Positions 21,874 to 32,848 of a DNA stretch of 64,000 nt are shown here, one piece after another. Every line of letters begins with the position of its first letter. The stretch's first letter is position 1. A program made the translations under genes and the position numbers. The DNA comes from Longimicrobiales bacterium (GTDB taxonomy: Bacteria > Gemmatimonadota > Gemmatimonadetes > Longimicrobiales > Gaopeijiaceae): assembly GCA_963664435.2 (NCBI GenBank), contig CAXXKM010000001.1, positions 192,001-256,000 on the forward strand. Direction: 5' to 3'. The notes beneath the pieces are model-generated. The model did not search any database, was not told the DNA's origin, and saw only the letters and a program-made list of their open reading frames with translations.

Positions 21874-23319
21874 TTACGTTTGGGCGCCCGGGCGCGGTTT
21901 CGGGATGCTTCCATCCCCTTCCGATGCGGCCTGGACGCGCAGGGTCCGGAAGCGTTCGAGCCTGGCGGCGATATCGTGTTCCTCTCCCGCCGCGCCAGGG
22001 ACGTAGAAGCGCCTCCCCTCGAGTTCGGCCGGCAGGTAGCTCTGGGCGGCGACGCCGTCCGGCGCATCCGGGTCGTATTGATACCCGGCGCCATAACCCA
22101 GCTGCTTCATCATGTCGGTAGGCGCGTTGCGGAGATGCAGCGGCACCGACGCGCCCGGCGTCTGCCGCGCCGCCCGTCCGGCATCGAGCCACGCCCGATA
22201 GAGCCGATTCGACTTGGGCGCCGAGGCCAGATACACCACGACTTCGGCGAGGGCCAGCTCCCCTTCGGGAGAGCCCAGGAAATGAAAGGCGTCACGTCCG
22301 GCCAGCGCGACCGCCAGCGCCCGAGGATGCGCCAGCCCGATGTCCTCGGAAGCCATGCGCACCAGTCGCCGCGCGATGTAGCGCGGGTCCTGCCCTCCCT
22401 GGAGCATGCGCGCGAGCCAGTAGAGGGCGGCGTCGGGATCGCTGCCGCGCACCGCCTTGTGCAGCGCCGAGATGGTATTGTAGTGCTCCTCGCCGGCCTT
22501 GTCGAAGTGCGAAAAGCGGTGCTGGGCCGCCTGCCGCGCGTGCTCCAGGGTTATGGCGCGTTCCGGACCGGCCAGTTCGCTCGCCCGCTCCAGCACCCCG
22601 AGCGCGCGTCGCGCATCTCCGTCGGCACGTCCGGCGATCCAGTCGAGCACACCCGCGCCGGCGCCTTCCCGCGATCGTCCCAGACCCCGGCCGCCATCCT
22701 CCAGCGCCCGTCCGAGGATGCCCGCAAGCTCATCCGCCGAAAGTGGTTCCAGGACAAACACCGGAGCCCGTGACAGCAGCGGCCGGATGACCTCGAAACT
22801 GGGGTTCTCGGTGGTGGCGCCGACCAGAACCACGATCCCCTCCTCGACATAGGGGAGGAACGCGTCCTGCTGCGCCTTGTTGAAGCGGTGAATCTCGTCG
22901 CAGAAGAGGATCGTTCCGCGGCCGCTCGCGGCGATGCGCTCCCGGGCCTCCGCGATGATCGCGCGGACGCGCGCAACCCCCTCCGTCACCGCCGAGAACG
23001 CGACGAAGGCCGCATCGCCGCGGTGGGCCAGGAGCCGCGCCAGCGTGGTCTTGCCGCTTCCCGGGGGGCCCCAGAGGATCAGGCTCGAGAGAGCGCCCCC
23101 TTCGAGCATCCGCCTGAGCGGGCCGCCGTCTTCCAGAAGTCGGGCCTGTCCCGCGAACTCGGCGAGGGTGCGCGGGCGCATTCGGGCCGCGAGCGGAGCC
23201 CCGGCGCCGTGGGAGGACGCCTGCTCGACATGGACGCCGGCCGCCGCCCGGCGCGCTCGGTCCGATCTGCCGGAGTCGCCTCCGGCTCCGACATCCCCGA
23301 AGAGCGTGGGCTCGTTCAC
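21874..23319 (-). CDS. rarA: Replication-associated recombination protein RarA/MgsA
   Basis: PLAARMRP, GPPGSGKTT, DEIHRFNKAQQD, GATTENP, ISALHKAVRGSD, ASEDIGLA. Confidence 0.95.
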   Translation of the reverse strand: MNEPTLFGDVGAGGDSGRSDRARRAAAGVHVEQASSHGAGAPLAARMRPRTLAEFAGQARLLEDGGPLRRMLEGGALSSLILWGPPGSGKTTLARLLAHRGDAAFVAFSAVTEGVARVRAIIAEARERIAASGRGTILFCDEIHRFNKAQQDAFLPYVEEGIVVLVGATTENPSFEVIRPLLSRAPVFVLEPLSADELAGILGRALEDGGRGLGRSREGAGAGVLDWIAGRADGDARRALGVLERASELAGPERAITLEHARQAAQHRFSHFDKAGEEHYNTISALHKAVRGSDPDAALYWLARMLQGGQDPRYIARRLVRMASEDIGLAHPRALAVALAGRDAFHFLGSPEGELALAEVVVYLASAPKSNRLYRAWLDAGRAARQTPGASVPLHLRNAPTDMMKQLGYGAGYQYDPDAPDGVAAQSYLPAELEGRRFYVPGAAGEEHDIAARLERFRTLRVQAASEGDGSIPKPRPGAQT

Positions 23320-24686
23320 GCGGGCCTCCGCGGGCCGCCCGATGCCTGCGCGCGGGCATCGATGTAGAGCCGGGCGCGCCGCGCCAGAATCGAACGACGA
23401 TTCAGCGCGGGATCATCCAGAACCAGATCGAGGAGATGACCGAGCACGGCGCCGAAGCCGGGACCGGGCCGCATGCCCATCTCGATGAGATCGTGCCCGC
23501 TCAGAGCCAGGTCCGCCACCGTGAGCGGAGGATTCTTCGCCAATTCCGCCCTGACCGCCTTCCAGCCGGACTGCACGGCGCTCTCCGGGCTCGGCGTCCC
23601 CTGAGCGGCCTCCAGGCGCGCACGGGCGATCCAGATGCGGAACAGGTGGCGGCGGTCGACACGGCGGGTTTGGCGAAGCCAGCGCCGCAATGCCGGCCCG
23701 GAGCCGGTTTCGGGACCGGCTGCGAGCGCGCGCACCAGGGCGCTCACGCCCTCGACGTCGGCGCGCGAATAGCGCAGCCGCTCCATCAGCTCGGCCGCGC
23801 GCATGCGGGCGCGCTCCTCCGGGCGAAGCTCCGCGCCGACCCCCCGTGGGGGTATGCCGATCCCGCCCAGGAGACACGCCAGACGAGCCAGCGGATAGCT
23901 CCTCGAGATGATGTCCACGGTGAGCAGGGCGACGCCCCACGAATCGGACTGCCCGTCCTCCTGTCGGCTCAGGCATCGCGCCAGCGCCGGATAGAGCACC
24001 GGGAGCACGCCTGCCGCGGCGTACAGAGAGAGGGCGCGCGAGGGTCTCGCGCAGCCGAGGATCTTCGCCAGCTCTTCCCGCACCCGCTCCGGAGAGAGGT
24101 CGGCCAGATGCCGCCGGTGCCCGCACAGGGCCGCCCAGGTGTTCGGCTCGATGGCGAGGGCAAAGCGCCCGGCGAAGCGCAGCGCGCGCAGGATGCGCAG
24201 GAAATCCTCGGCGAAGCGTGTCCGGGCATCTCCGACCGTGCGCAGGGTGCCGGCGGCGAGGTCGTCCATGCCCCCGAAGGGATCGCGCAGCTCTCGGCGC
24301 AGGGGGTGCCAGGCGATGGCGTTGATGGTGAAGTCCCGCCGCGCCAGGTCCTCGTCGATGTCGTCGGCGAACTCCACGGTGGCCCTGCGCCCGAACGTCT
24401 CCACGTCGCGCCGGAAGGTGGTGACCTCGTACATGCCTTGCCGGGTCAGAACCCCCATGGTCCCGTGTTCGACCCCGATCGGAACCACCCTTCCGAACAC
24501 CGTCCTCATCTGTTCGGGCCGCGCGCGCGTGGCCAGGTCCCAATCGCCATCCCTGGCGGGCCGTCCAACCAGCGCGTCCCGTACAATGCCCCCGACCGCC
24601 CACGTCTCGAAGCCGGCCCGCTCGAGTTTCCGAATCACCCAGCGGACGGAGTCGGGGGCGGCTGGCGGTTCCCTCGTGTCCGTCAC
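23316..24686 (-). CDS. cca: Class II tRNA nucleotidyltransferase (CCA-adding enzyme)
   Basis: VGGIVRD, DWDLAT, EVTTFR, DLARRDFTINA, EDFLRILRALRF. Confidence 0.88.
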   Translation of the reverse strand: MTDTREPPAAPDSVRWVIRKLERAGFETWAVGGIVRDALVGRPARDGDWDLATRARPEQMRTVFGRVVPIGVEHGTMGVLTRQGMYEVTTFRRDVETFGRRATVEFADDIDEDLARRDFTINAIAWHPLRRELRDPFGGMDDLAAGTLRTVGDARTRFAEDFLRILRALRFAGRFALAIEPNTWAALCGHRRHLADLSPERVREELAKILGCARPSRALSLYAAAGVLPVLYPALARCLSRQEDGQSDSWGVALLTVDIISRSYPLARLACLLGGIGIPPRGVGAELRPEERARMRAAELMERLRYSRADVEGVSALVRALAAGPETGSGPALRRWLRQTRRVDRRHLFRIWIARARLEAAQGTPSPESAVQSGWKAVRAELAKNPPLTVADLALSGHDLIEMGMRPGPGFGAVLGHLLDLVLDDPALNRRSILARRARLYIDARAQASGGPRRPA

Positions 24687-24976
24687 CGCCAGGCAGCCGC
24701 GCAGCGATCCAGAATCAGGTGTAGCCCGGAGGCGACATCGGGTTCATCGACGGCGGCTTCGCAGGCGTAGGTCAGAAACGCGTCGGCCGCCAGGAGCTGA
24801 AAGGCCGCGTGTCGGTCGAGTCGCCGGGACACCTCGGCGCGGTCGAGCGCAACGATCCCGAGTTCCGCAAGCCCGGCGACCGAAAGGAGAAGGTCATCGT
24901 CGACCGCGAGCCACTCTTTCAACCCGTTCGGTACGGCCGGGCGGCGCGCATCGAGCCAGGTGCCGAGCGCCGTCAC
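24683..24976 (-). CDS. Small helical hypothetical protein
   Basis: 97 aa filling the gap exactly, with GTGA overlaps to alaS and cca; AFQLLAADAFLTYACEAA. Confidence 0.7.
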   Translation of the reverse strand: MTALGTWLDARRPAVPNGLKEWLAVDDDLLLSVAGLAELGIVALDRAEVSRRLDRHAAFQLLAADAFLTYACEAAVDEPDVASGLHLILDRCAAAWR

Positions 24977-27681
24977 CGCGCGTCGCCGCCGCCGCTCGCG
25001 GAGAGTTCGCGTACAACGGCTTCGCCCGCCGCGAGCGCCTCGTCCAGCCGGCTGGGATCGGCGACGCCCGCCTGGGCCATGTGCGGTCGCCCGCCGCCGC
25101 GTCCTCCCACCACCGCCGCCACCCCCCGCACCACGTCGTCCGCCTTGATCCCCCGGCGGATGAGGGCGGCGCCGACGAAGCTGAACAGGGTTTGCTTGCC
25201 ACCGGGGAGCTCGGCGGCGACCACCGCCACCCCACCCGGCTCGGCGGCCAGGAAGTCGTCGCCGTAGCCGCGCACCTCGTCCGCCCGGCGCGCCCGCAGC
25301 CGCACCGCCCGGTAGGCAGCCCGGAAGGGGTCGCCGTCGCCAAGGGTGAGTTCGCTGGCCACGACCACGGTTTCGCGCGCGCCCCCCGCCTTGCTCATCT
25401 CGTCCAGCAGCCGCTCGAGCTCCTTCTTCTCCTCGATCAGCTGCTGCGTGCGCCGAACCGCGTTGCGCACCGGCGTCCGGAGCAGGCCCGAGACCTGCTC
25501 GAGCTCGGCCTCAATGTCCTGGTAAACCTTGAGCGCGCCGGGCCCCGTAACCGCCTCGATTCGGCGCACCCCCGCCGCCACCCCCGCCTCGCTCACCACC
25601 TTGAAGAGCCCGACTTCGCCGGTATGCCGCAGGTGGGTGCCGCCGCACAGCTCGATGCTCACTCCGGGAACCGTGATCGTGCGCACTCGGTCGCCGTACT
25701 TCTCGCCGAAGAGCGCCATCGCGCCCGCGGCGATCGCCTCGTCGTACGTGGACTCTCCGGCCTCGACAGGATGGTCGCGCCACACCGCCTCGTTGACGAA
25801 GGTCTCGACCCGATCGACCTCCTCCGGCGTCATCGGCCCGGAGTGGGCGAAGTCGAAACGCAGCCGGTCCGGGGCCACCAGCGATCCCTGCTGGGTGGCG
25901 TGCTCTCCCAGCACCGACCGGAGCGCCGCGTGCAGCAGATGCGTGGCGGTGTGGTTTCGCTCGGTGTCGTGCCGGACGTCCTCCGGGACCTGGGCATGCA
26001 CGGGCAAAGGACCCGCATCCAGCGGGGGCGGATCGCCCTCCAGCGGCCCGATCAGCGCGGTCCGGCCTTCTACCCGCTCGACGCGCTCCACCGTCAACTG
26101 CCACCCGTCCCCCGTCACCTTCCCCTGATCGGAGATCTGGCCGCCGGCCTCGACGTAGAAGGGGTTCTCGCGCAGCTGCACGTGCCACTTTCCGGCGCCT
26201 TGGCCCTCGCGCACGGCGATCACTACCGTCGATGTTCCCCGATGTTCGTACCCTACGAAACTCTGCTCGGCATTCTCGCCCAGATACTGCCATGGGAGAG
26301 TGGCGCTCAGATCGCCGCTGGCTGCTGGAATCCCTGAACTAGCCACGCCACGAAGGGCCGCCGTTGGCCGACTCCGCGCTCTCTGCCTCTCCAGCGCCTT
26401 CTCGAACCCCTCCACATCCACCGAATACCCACGCTCCCGCGCTATCACCTCGGTGAGGTCCAGCGGAAAGCCGAAGGTGTCGTATAGTCGGAAGGCGTCC
26501 TCTCCGCCAATCACGCCACCCCGCTCCCCGCCTTCTTCCGCGACGATGGCATCGAAGCGCTCCATCCCTCCCTCGATGGTCGTCAGGAAGCGCTCCTCCT
26601 CCCCCCGCGTGATCGACAGGATGTGCTCCGCCCGCTCGACCAGCTTCGGATAGGTCCCGCCCATGGCCGCGATGACCGCGTCGACCACCTCCACAACGGT
26701 GGGCTCGCGGCGACCCAGCAGCCAGGCGTGCCGCACGCCGCGCCTCAGGATCCGCCGCAGCACGTAGCCCCGCCCCTCGTTGGACGGATAGACCCCGTCG
26801 GCCAACAGGAAGGCCACGGCGCGGCTGTGGTCGGCGAGCACCCGGTAGCTCACCCCTTCCGGCGCCTTCGGGTCGTACGCCCGCCCCACAGCCTGGGACG
26901 CGCGTTCCAGCAGCGGCTGGAAGAGGTCGATGTGGTAGTTGGAGTCAACGCCCTGCAGCACCGTGGCCAGGCGCTCGAGCCCCGCCCCGGTGTCGATGGA
27001 GGGCGCCGGCAACGGGTGCTGCACCCCGGCCTCGTCCCGGTTGAACTGCATGAACACCAGGTTCCACAACTCGAGGAACTCGCCCCGCTCGCCCTTTTCC
27101 TCGAACTCGTCGACCGGCGGATGCACGCCCCGCTCCCCCCTCGGACGCAGGTCGTAGTGCACCTCCGAACAAGGGCCGCACGGTCCCGTGTCGGCCATCT
27201 GCCAGAAGTTGTCCTTGTCTCCCAGGCGGTAGATGCGCGACCGCTCGAGACCCGCAACCTCGTGCCACAGCTCGGCGGCTTCGTCGTCCGTATGGTGGAC
27301 GGTCGCGTACAGCCGGTCCGGGTCGATGCCCAGTTCGACGGTCAGAAAGTCCCAGGCGTAGCGGATGGCCTCGCGCTTGAAGTAGTCCCCGAACGAGAAG
27401 TTGCCGAGCATCTCGAAAAAGGTGTGGTGGCGCGCGGTCCGCCCCACCTCCTCCAGATCGTTGTGCTTTCCCCCGGCGCGGAGGCACTTCTGGGAGGTGA
27501 CCGCGGTCCGGTGCGGCGCAGCCTCCTCCCCCAGGAACACGCTCTTGAACTGGACCATGCCCGCGTTGGTGAAGAGCAGGCTGGGATCGTTCCCGGGCAC
27601 CAGCGAGGAGCTGGATATTACGCCGTGTCCGCGCTCTTCGAAGAACCCCAGAAAGCGCCGGCGGATTTCAGCAGTGTCCAT
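24973..27681 (-). CDS. alaS: Alanine--tRNA ligase
   Basis: LLFTNAGMVQFK, HHTFFEMLGNFSFGDYFK, editing NHTATHLLH and ELCGGTH, C-Ala GGRGGG. Confidence 0.97.
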   Translation of the reverse strand: MDTAEIRRRFLGFFEERGHGVISSSSLVPGNDPSLLFTNAGMVQFKSVFLGEEAAPHRTAVTSQKCLRAGGKHNDLEEVGRTARHHTFFEMLGNFSFGDYFKREAIRYAWDFLTVELGIDPDRLYATVHHTDDEAAELWHEVAGLERSRIYRLGDKDNFWQMADTGPCGPCSEVHYDLRPRGERGVHPPVDEFEEKGERGEFLELWNLVFMQFNRDEAGVQHPLPAPSIDTGAGLERLATVLQGVDSNYHIDLFQPLLERASQAVGRAYDPKAPEGVSYRVLADHSRAVAFLLADGVYPSNEGRGYVLRRILRRGVRHAWLLGRREPTVVEVVDAVIAAMGGTYPKLVERAEHILSITRGEEERFLTTIEGGMERFDAIVAEEGGERGGVIGGEDAFRLYDTFGFPLDLTEVIARERGYSVDVEGFEKALERQRARSRPTAALRGVASSGIPAASGDLSATLPWQYLGENAEQSFVGYEHRGTSTVVIAVREGQGAGKWHVQLRENPFYVEAGGQISDQGKVTGDGWQLTVERVERVEGRTALIGPLEGDPPPLDAGPLPVHAQVPEDVRHDTERNHTATHLLHAALRSVLGEHATQQGSLVAPDRLRFDFAHSGPMTPEEVDRVETFVNEAVWRDHPVEAGESTYDEAIAAGAMALFGEKYGDRVRTITVPGVSIELCGGTHLRHTGEVGLFKVVSEAGVAAGVRRIEAVTGPGALKVYQDIEAELEQVSGLLRTPVRNAVRRTQQLIEEKKELERLLDEMSKAGGARETVVVASELTLGDGDPFRAAYRAVRLRARRADEVRGYGDDFLAAEPGGVAVVAAELPGGKQTLFSFVGAALIRRGIKADDVVRGVAAVVGGRGGGRPHMAQAGVADPSRLDEALAAGEAVVRELSASGGGDAR

Positions 27682-27737
27682 CTGTAAAGGGCCAGGTGCG
27701 GGAAGGCGCCGCCGCCCGATACGGGACGCCAGCCCCT

Positions 27738-27767
27738 AGAATAACCGCGCCCCGCAGCCGGGCTCAA
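27738..27767 (-). promoter_or_regulatory. Putative sigma70 promoter of alaS
   Basis: Minus strand TTGAGC-N18-TATTCT. Confidence 0.45.
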
Positions 27768-27795
27768 TACGCGTCCGGCTCGCCATCGGCGCAAC

Positions 27796-28947
<1,152 letters not shown>

Positions 28948-29194
28948 CGCTGTATGTCTCCGTCTGATTCGCGTGAACGAGGAAGTGCCATCCCAACATA
29001 CGAGACCCGAACAGAAAGCGAAAGGGGGCCCGCGTGGGAAGAAACATAACGGGTCCCCGATGGCCCCTGGAATGCTTTATCGGGACGATCTCGGGACCCC
29101 CGTTGCGGAGGGACGGCGACTCCTGTTCTCTTTTCTGACGGGCGGCCCCGGTCGGCCCGGTTCGACTGGAAGACACTCGCTGGAGCTGCTGACC

Positions 29195-30007
29195 ATGACG
29201 ACAAGACAGACCCTGCTTCCGCCACTGCTGGTCTGCTTGCTCGCGGCAGTGCCGGGCGCCGCGCAGGAAATTCCCGACCACGCGGACTTCACGCGGCTGC
29301 TCGAGGCCGTCGTCCGCACGCCGCGGGTGGACTACGCGGCTCTCCAGAACCGCAACGCGGAGCTGGCCGCCTATCTCGACCAGCTCGCCGGCACCGATCC
29401 GGCGGCGCTCGGGTCGGCTGCCGACGAAGTCCAGCTCGCGTTCTGGATCAACGCCTACAACGCCTGCATGCTGGACCGGGTGGCGACGCACTATCCGATC
29501 CGGAAGAACGCCGGTCTCGTGGGCTCGATCCGCAACGCGTTCGCCGACCGCCCCGACAACTCCGTCTGGCAGATCCGGGACGTCTTCACGGGCGCCTTCT
29601 GCGACGTCGCAGGAGCCACCCGCTCCCTCGACGAGATCGAGCACGAGATCATCCGGCCCACGTGGGGTGAACCGCGTATCCACTTCGCCGTCAACTGCGC
29701 CGCCCTGAGCTGTCCTCCGCTGGCGGCCGAGGCCTACGTGCCGGAGCGCCTCGATGACCAGCTCGATCGAGCCGTGCGCGGCCTGGTGGCGAATCCCGAG
29801 CACTTCCTCATCGATCGCTCGGGGACCGGATCCCTCACCCTGAACCGGGTGCTGGACTGGTACGGCGGTGACTTCGGAGGCACGGAGGGCCTGCTCGGCT
29901 TCTTTGCCCGATACCTGTCCGATGAGGATGCCGGATTCCTCCGGCGCCCGGGCGTCGAGGTGCGCTTCTTCGAATACGACTGGACGCTGAACGACCTCGA
30001 TCCGTGA
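29195..30007 (+). CDS. DUF547 domain secreted protein
   Basis: Signal peptide; QLAFWINAYNA, SLDEIEHEIIR, EPRIHFAVNCAALSCPPL, YDWTLND. Confidence 0.88.
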   Translation: MTTRQTLLPPLLVCLLAAVPGAAQEIPDHADFTRLLEAVVRTPRVDYAALQNRNAELAAYLDQLAGTDPAALGSAADEVQLAFWINAYNACMLDRVATHYPIRKNAGLVGSIRNAFADRPDNSVWQIRDVFTGAFCDVAGATRSLDEIEHEIIRPTWGEPRIHFAVNCAALSCPPLAAEAYVPERLDDQLDRAVRGLVANPEHFLIDRSGTGSLTLNRVLDWYGGDFGGTEGLLGFFARYLSDEDAGFLRRPGVEVRFFEYDWTLNDLDP

Positions 30008-30723
30008 CCGGCGCCACCCTGGGGGTGGTGATCCCGACGATCGACGAAGCGGGTCATCTGCCCGGACTGCTGGCCGATCTTGCCGACGTTGAGCTTCCGC
30101 TTCGCGTCGTGGTTTCCGATGGCGGCTCGGTCGACGACACCCTCGACCTGGCCCGGGCCGGAGGCGCCGTGTGTCTTTCCGGGCCCCGCGGGCGCGCCGC
30201 CCAGATGAACGCCGGAGCGCGCGCGCTCGACACCCCCTGGCTCCTTTTCCTGCACGCGGATTCCCGTCTCCCGCGCGTCTCCCGCTCGGCGCTCGTCTCC
30301 GCGCTCCGCGCCGACAACGGTCCGGCGGCGGCCTATTTCCTGTTCCGCCTGCGCGGACGCGGCTGGTTCTGGCGCCTGGTGGAGTCCGGTCAGCGCGTGC
30401 GCGAGCGCCTGACCGGCCTCGTTTACGGCGACCAGGGCCTGCTGGTGCGGCGCGAGGTGTTCGAAGCGGTCGGCGGCTACCCCGAGCTGCCCCTCATGGA
30501 AGATGTGGAGATGGTGCGCCGGCTGCGCCGCTCCGGGAGGATCGCACGCCTGCCCGGTCCTCTGGTGACCAGCCCCAGAACCTACCGGCGGCTGGGAAGA
30601 TGGAAGGTCTGGCTGCGCAACGGGGCGGCCATCTCGCTGTATCTGGCCGGCGTCGCTCCCGAGCGGCTGGTGCGCTGGTATCCTGAACGCTTCCCGGTCT
30701 CGGAGAACGGACGGAACAGGTGA
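30004..30723 (+). CDS. GT2 glycosyltransferase, TIGR04283-like (arsenosugar/rSAM-associated)
   Basis: VVIPTIDE, SDGGSVD, GRAAQMNAGA, LLFLHADS, YGDQGL, LMEDVE, TSPR. Confidence 0.85.
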   Translation: MTGATLGVVIPTIDEAGHLPGLLADLADVELPLRVVVSDGGSVDDTLDLARAGGAVCLSGPRGRAAQMNAGARALDTPWLLFLHADSRLPRVSRSALVSALRADNGPAAAYFLFRLRGRGWFWRLVESGQRVRERLTGLVYGDQGLLVRREVFEAVGGYPELPLMEDVEMVRRLRRSGRIARLPGPLVTSPRTYRRLGRWKVWLRNGAAISLYLAGVAPERLVRWYPERFPVSENGRNR

Positions 30724-31334
30724 CGCGCGGCGTGGAACGCACCCTGATCGCATTCGCGAAAGTGCCTCGGCCGGGGCGGGTCAAGACGCGTCTCGCCGCG
30801 GCCATCGGCGACGCCGAGGCCGCATCCCTGTACCGCGTCATGGGCCGCCGGATACTGGATGGGGTTCGTGGCGGGGATTATCGCGTCGTCGTCTACATCG
30901 ATCCCGCGAATGAGCTGGCGGCTGCGCGCGCCTGGCTGGGCGCGGCGGGCGTCGATTTCAGACCCCAGAAAGGCGACGGCCTGGGGGAGCGCCTGGCCGA
31001 CGCTTTCCGGACCGAGTTCAAGCGCGCACGGCGCGTGTGCGCCATCGGCACCGATGCCCCCGCGGTGGACCGTCCCCTCGTCGAGCGGGCCTTCGCTCAA
31101 CTCTCGACGAACGATCTCGTGCTGGGTCCCGCGCTGGACGGCGGATACTACCTGATCGGCACGGCGGGCTACCGGCCCGAACTCTTCCGCGAGGTGCCCT
31201 GGAGCACGGAGGAAGTCATGGCCGTGACGCTGGCCCGGGCGCGCGCCCTGAAGCTGCGGACGGCCGCCCTCGAGCCGCTGCCGGACATCGACACGGTCGA
31301 GGACCTGGAACGGGCGGGCGCTCCCCCGTGGTGA
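30720..31334 (+). CDS. TIGR04282/DUF2064-like transferase
   Basis: FAKVPRPGRVKTRL, Q.G..LGERL, IGTDAP, LGPALDGGYYLIG, VPWST, DIDTVEDL. Confidence 0.88.
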   Translation: MTRGVERTLIAFAKVPRPGRVKTRLAAAIGDAEAASLYRVMGRRILDGVRGGDYRVVVYIDPANELAAARAWLGAAGVDFRPQKGDGLGERLADAFRTEFKRARRVCAIGTDAPAVDRPLVERAFAQLSTNDLVLGPALDGGYYLIGTAGYRPELFREVPWSTEEVMAVTLARARALKLRTAALEPLPDIDTVEDLERAGAPPW

Positions 31335-31368
31335 TCAAGGCGTCCCCGCCGCCCTGATGGTCAGTCCA

Positions 31369-31413
31369 CGACGAAGCCCGCCCCGGCGCGGATGGCCAGG
31401 GCGGGCTTCGTCG
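31369..31413. terminator. Hairpin between convergent genes, probable terminator
   Basis: Perfect 15-bp inverted repeat CGACGAAGCCCGCCC / GGGCGGGCTTCGTCG; no clear U-tract. Confidence 0.6.
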
Positions 31414-31438
31414 AACTTGCGCGAAACGCGGAAAGACA

Positions 31439-32848
31439 TCAGCCGCGCACCCGCGCCGGCAGTTCGTACGGCTGCCACCGTCCGGGGGTCACGGGCACGT
31501 AGATCATCGGAATCGGATCCTCGCCCGCCGCGGCGGACTCCGCGAAGAGCGGCACGCCCATCCACTCGCCGACCCGGGTGATGGTGGCGCAGTTCGGGTT
31601 GATCTGTTCGCCCACCTTCTCGTACGGGTAGCCCCCGTGCTCGATCTCGCTGTCGTTGTTGAACCACTCGGCGTCCGCCGCGTATACGCCGCCCAGCGCT
31701 TCCACGGCGATCACTTCCGCCCCTTCGGGCGTGGCCATCACCGTGCCGTTCTCACCCGTCGCCAGGCACAGGGTCCGCTCCATGCTGAGCTCGATCGGAA
31801 CCTCGGTGGTGCGCTCGATGACGACCGTGTCCGGCGGCGGCGCGGGAAGCTGAATCGGCTCCGGACGCGGCATCAGCTCGGGCCTGCACAGCAGACCGCT
31901 GCCGCCGGGACAGAGCGCCAGCGAAGCCATCACCCCGAAGCGGGCGCTGCGATATATGGTGGAGTTCTCGACGTGCTGAATTCCGAGCACATAGGCGCCG
32001 GCCCGAATCCCGCCGACGTCCAGCTGCAGCCCGGTGTTGAAGTCCCATCCGTCGTATTCGCCCATGAGGTTCAGGAGCACCCCCCGGGACAGCTGGATGT
32101 GCAGTGCGGTGGCCGCGAGCCAGCCGCGCGAGTAACGCCTGCCGTACCAGCCGAGATCGCTTCCGCTCCCGCCGAACATCCCCATGCCGTATCCCAGCCC
32201 GAAGGTCAGGTCGTGCTCCGGAAGGGCGTCGCTGTCCACGCCGGCGAGCTGGAAGGTCGCCATCGCGTACGGAGAGAACGAGGTCGCCATGTCGTCGACC
32301 AGGCCTCCCTCGTATTCGCCGTAGAATCGGATGTCGGGGAATCCGAGCCGGGGAGGAATGTGGTCTTGCCCCTCCCCGGAGAAGGAAGGTCCGCTCACGA
32401 AGCGCGCCCCCCCCGCCAACCCGAATCCCGACGACTCGGGACTCACCAGCGCGACGCGGCCGAATGCCCCGACCATGTTCCCGCCGTCTTCGGCATCGGC
32501 GAAATTCTGGAAGGAGGCGCCGAGTTCGACGCGGTCGAAGAGGCCGATCGCAACCGACGCGTCCTGCAGCCACTCGCTCCACTCGCCCGAGAGACGACCC
32601 TTTTCGATCCCTCTCTGGGAGATGAATACGCGCTCGTCCACGCTGATCCCGAACCCCGAATAGGTGCCCGTGATCGCGAGATGCGGGAGCGTGGAAGCGG
32701 CGGGGACGTTGAAGAATCCGGAACCGTACCGCAGCGTGCTGCCGATCTTGGTGCCCTGAGCGTCGAGCGGCTGAACCTGAGCAGCCCCGGCCAGCCCCAC
32801 GAGCAAGAGGGGCATCCAGCGTCCTCGTCGATTGCCACGTCCTCTCAT
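31439..32848 (-). CDS. Putative outer-membrane beta-barrel protein with Pro-rich linker and C-terminal domain of unknown function
   Basis: SD AAGGAG; signal peptide; alternating Gly/aromatic beta-strands; PEPIQLPAPPPDT linker. Confidence 0.6.
   Translation of the reverse strand: MRGRGNRRGRWMPLLLVGLAGAAQVQPLDAQGTKIGSTLRYGSGFFNVPAASTLPHLAITGTYSGFGISVDERVFISQRGIEKGRLSGEWSEWLQDASVAIGLFDRVELGASFQNFADAEDGGNMVGAFGRVALVSPESSGFGLAGGARFVSGPSFSGEGQDHIPPRLGFPDIRFYGEYEGGLVDDMATSFSPYAMATFQLAGVDSDALPEHDLTFGLGYGMGMFGGSGSDLGWYGRRYSRGWLAATALHIQLSRGVLLNLMGEYDGWDFNTGLQLDVGGIRAGAYVLGIQHVENSTIYRSARFGVMASLALCPGGSGLLCRPELMPRPEPIQLPAPPPDTVVIERTTEVPIELSMERTLCLATGENGTVMATPEGAEVIAVEALGGVYAADAEWFNNDSEIEHGGYPYEKVGEQINPNCATITRVGEWMGVPLFAESAAAGEDPIPMIYVPVTPGRWQPYELPARVRG

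Noticed and set aside
21769..21876. rarA-hflX readthrough fusion (same frame)
   Set aside because: The stop is TAA, the spacer does not look protein-like, and a strong SD precedes hflX
26280..26460. Slightly atypical codon usage inside alaS
   Set aside because: It coincides with the variable interdomain linker; the frame is intact with no intein or insertion signature
29195..31334. Selenocysteine readthrough in the transferase operon
   Set aside because: The TGA codons fall at the natural ends of complete domains; two of them overlap the next start
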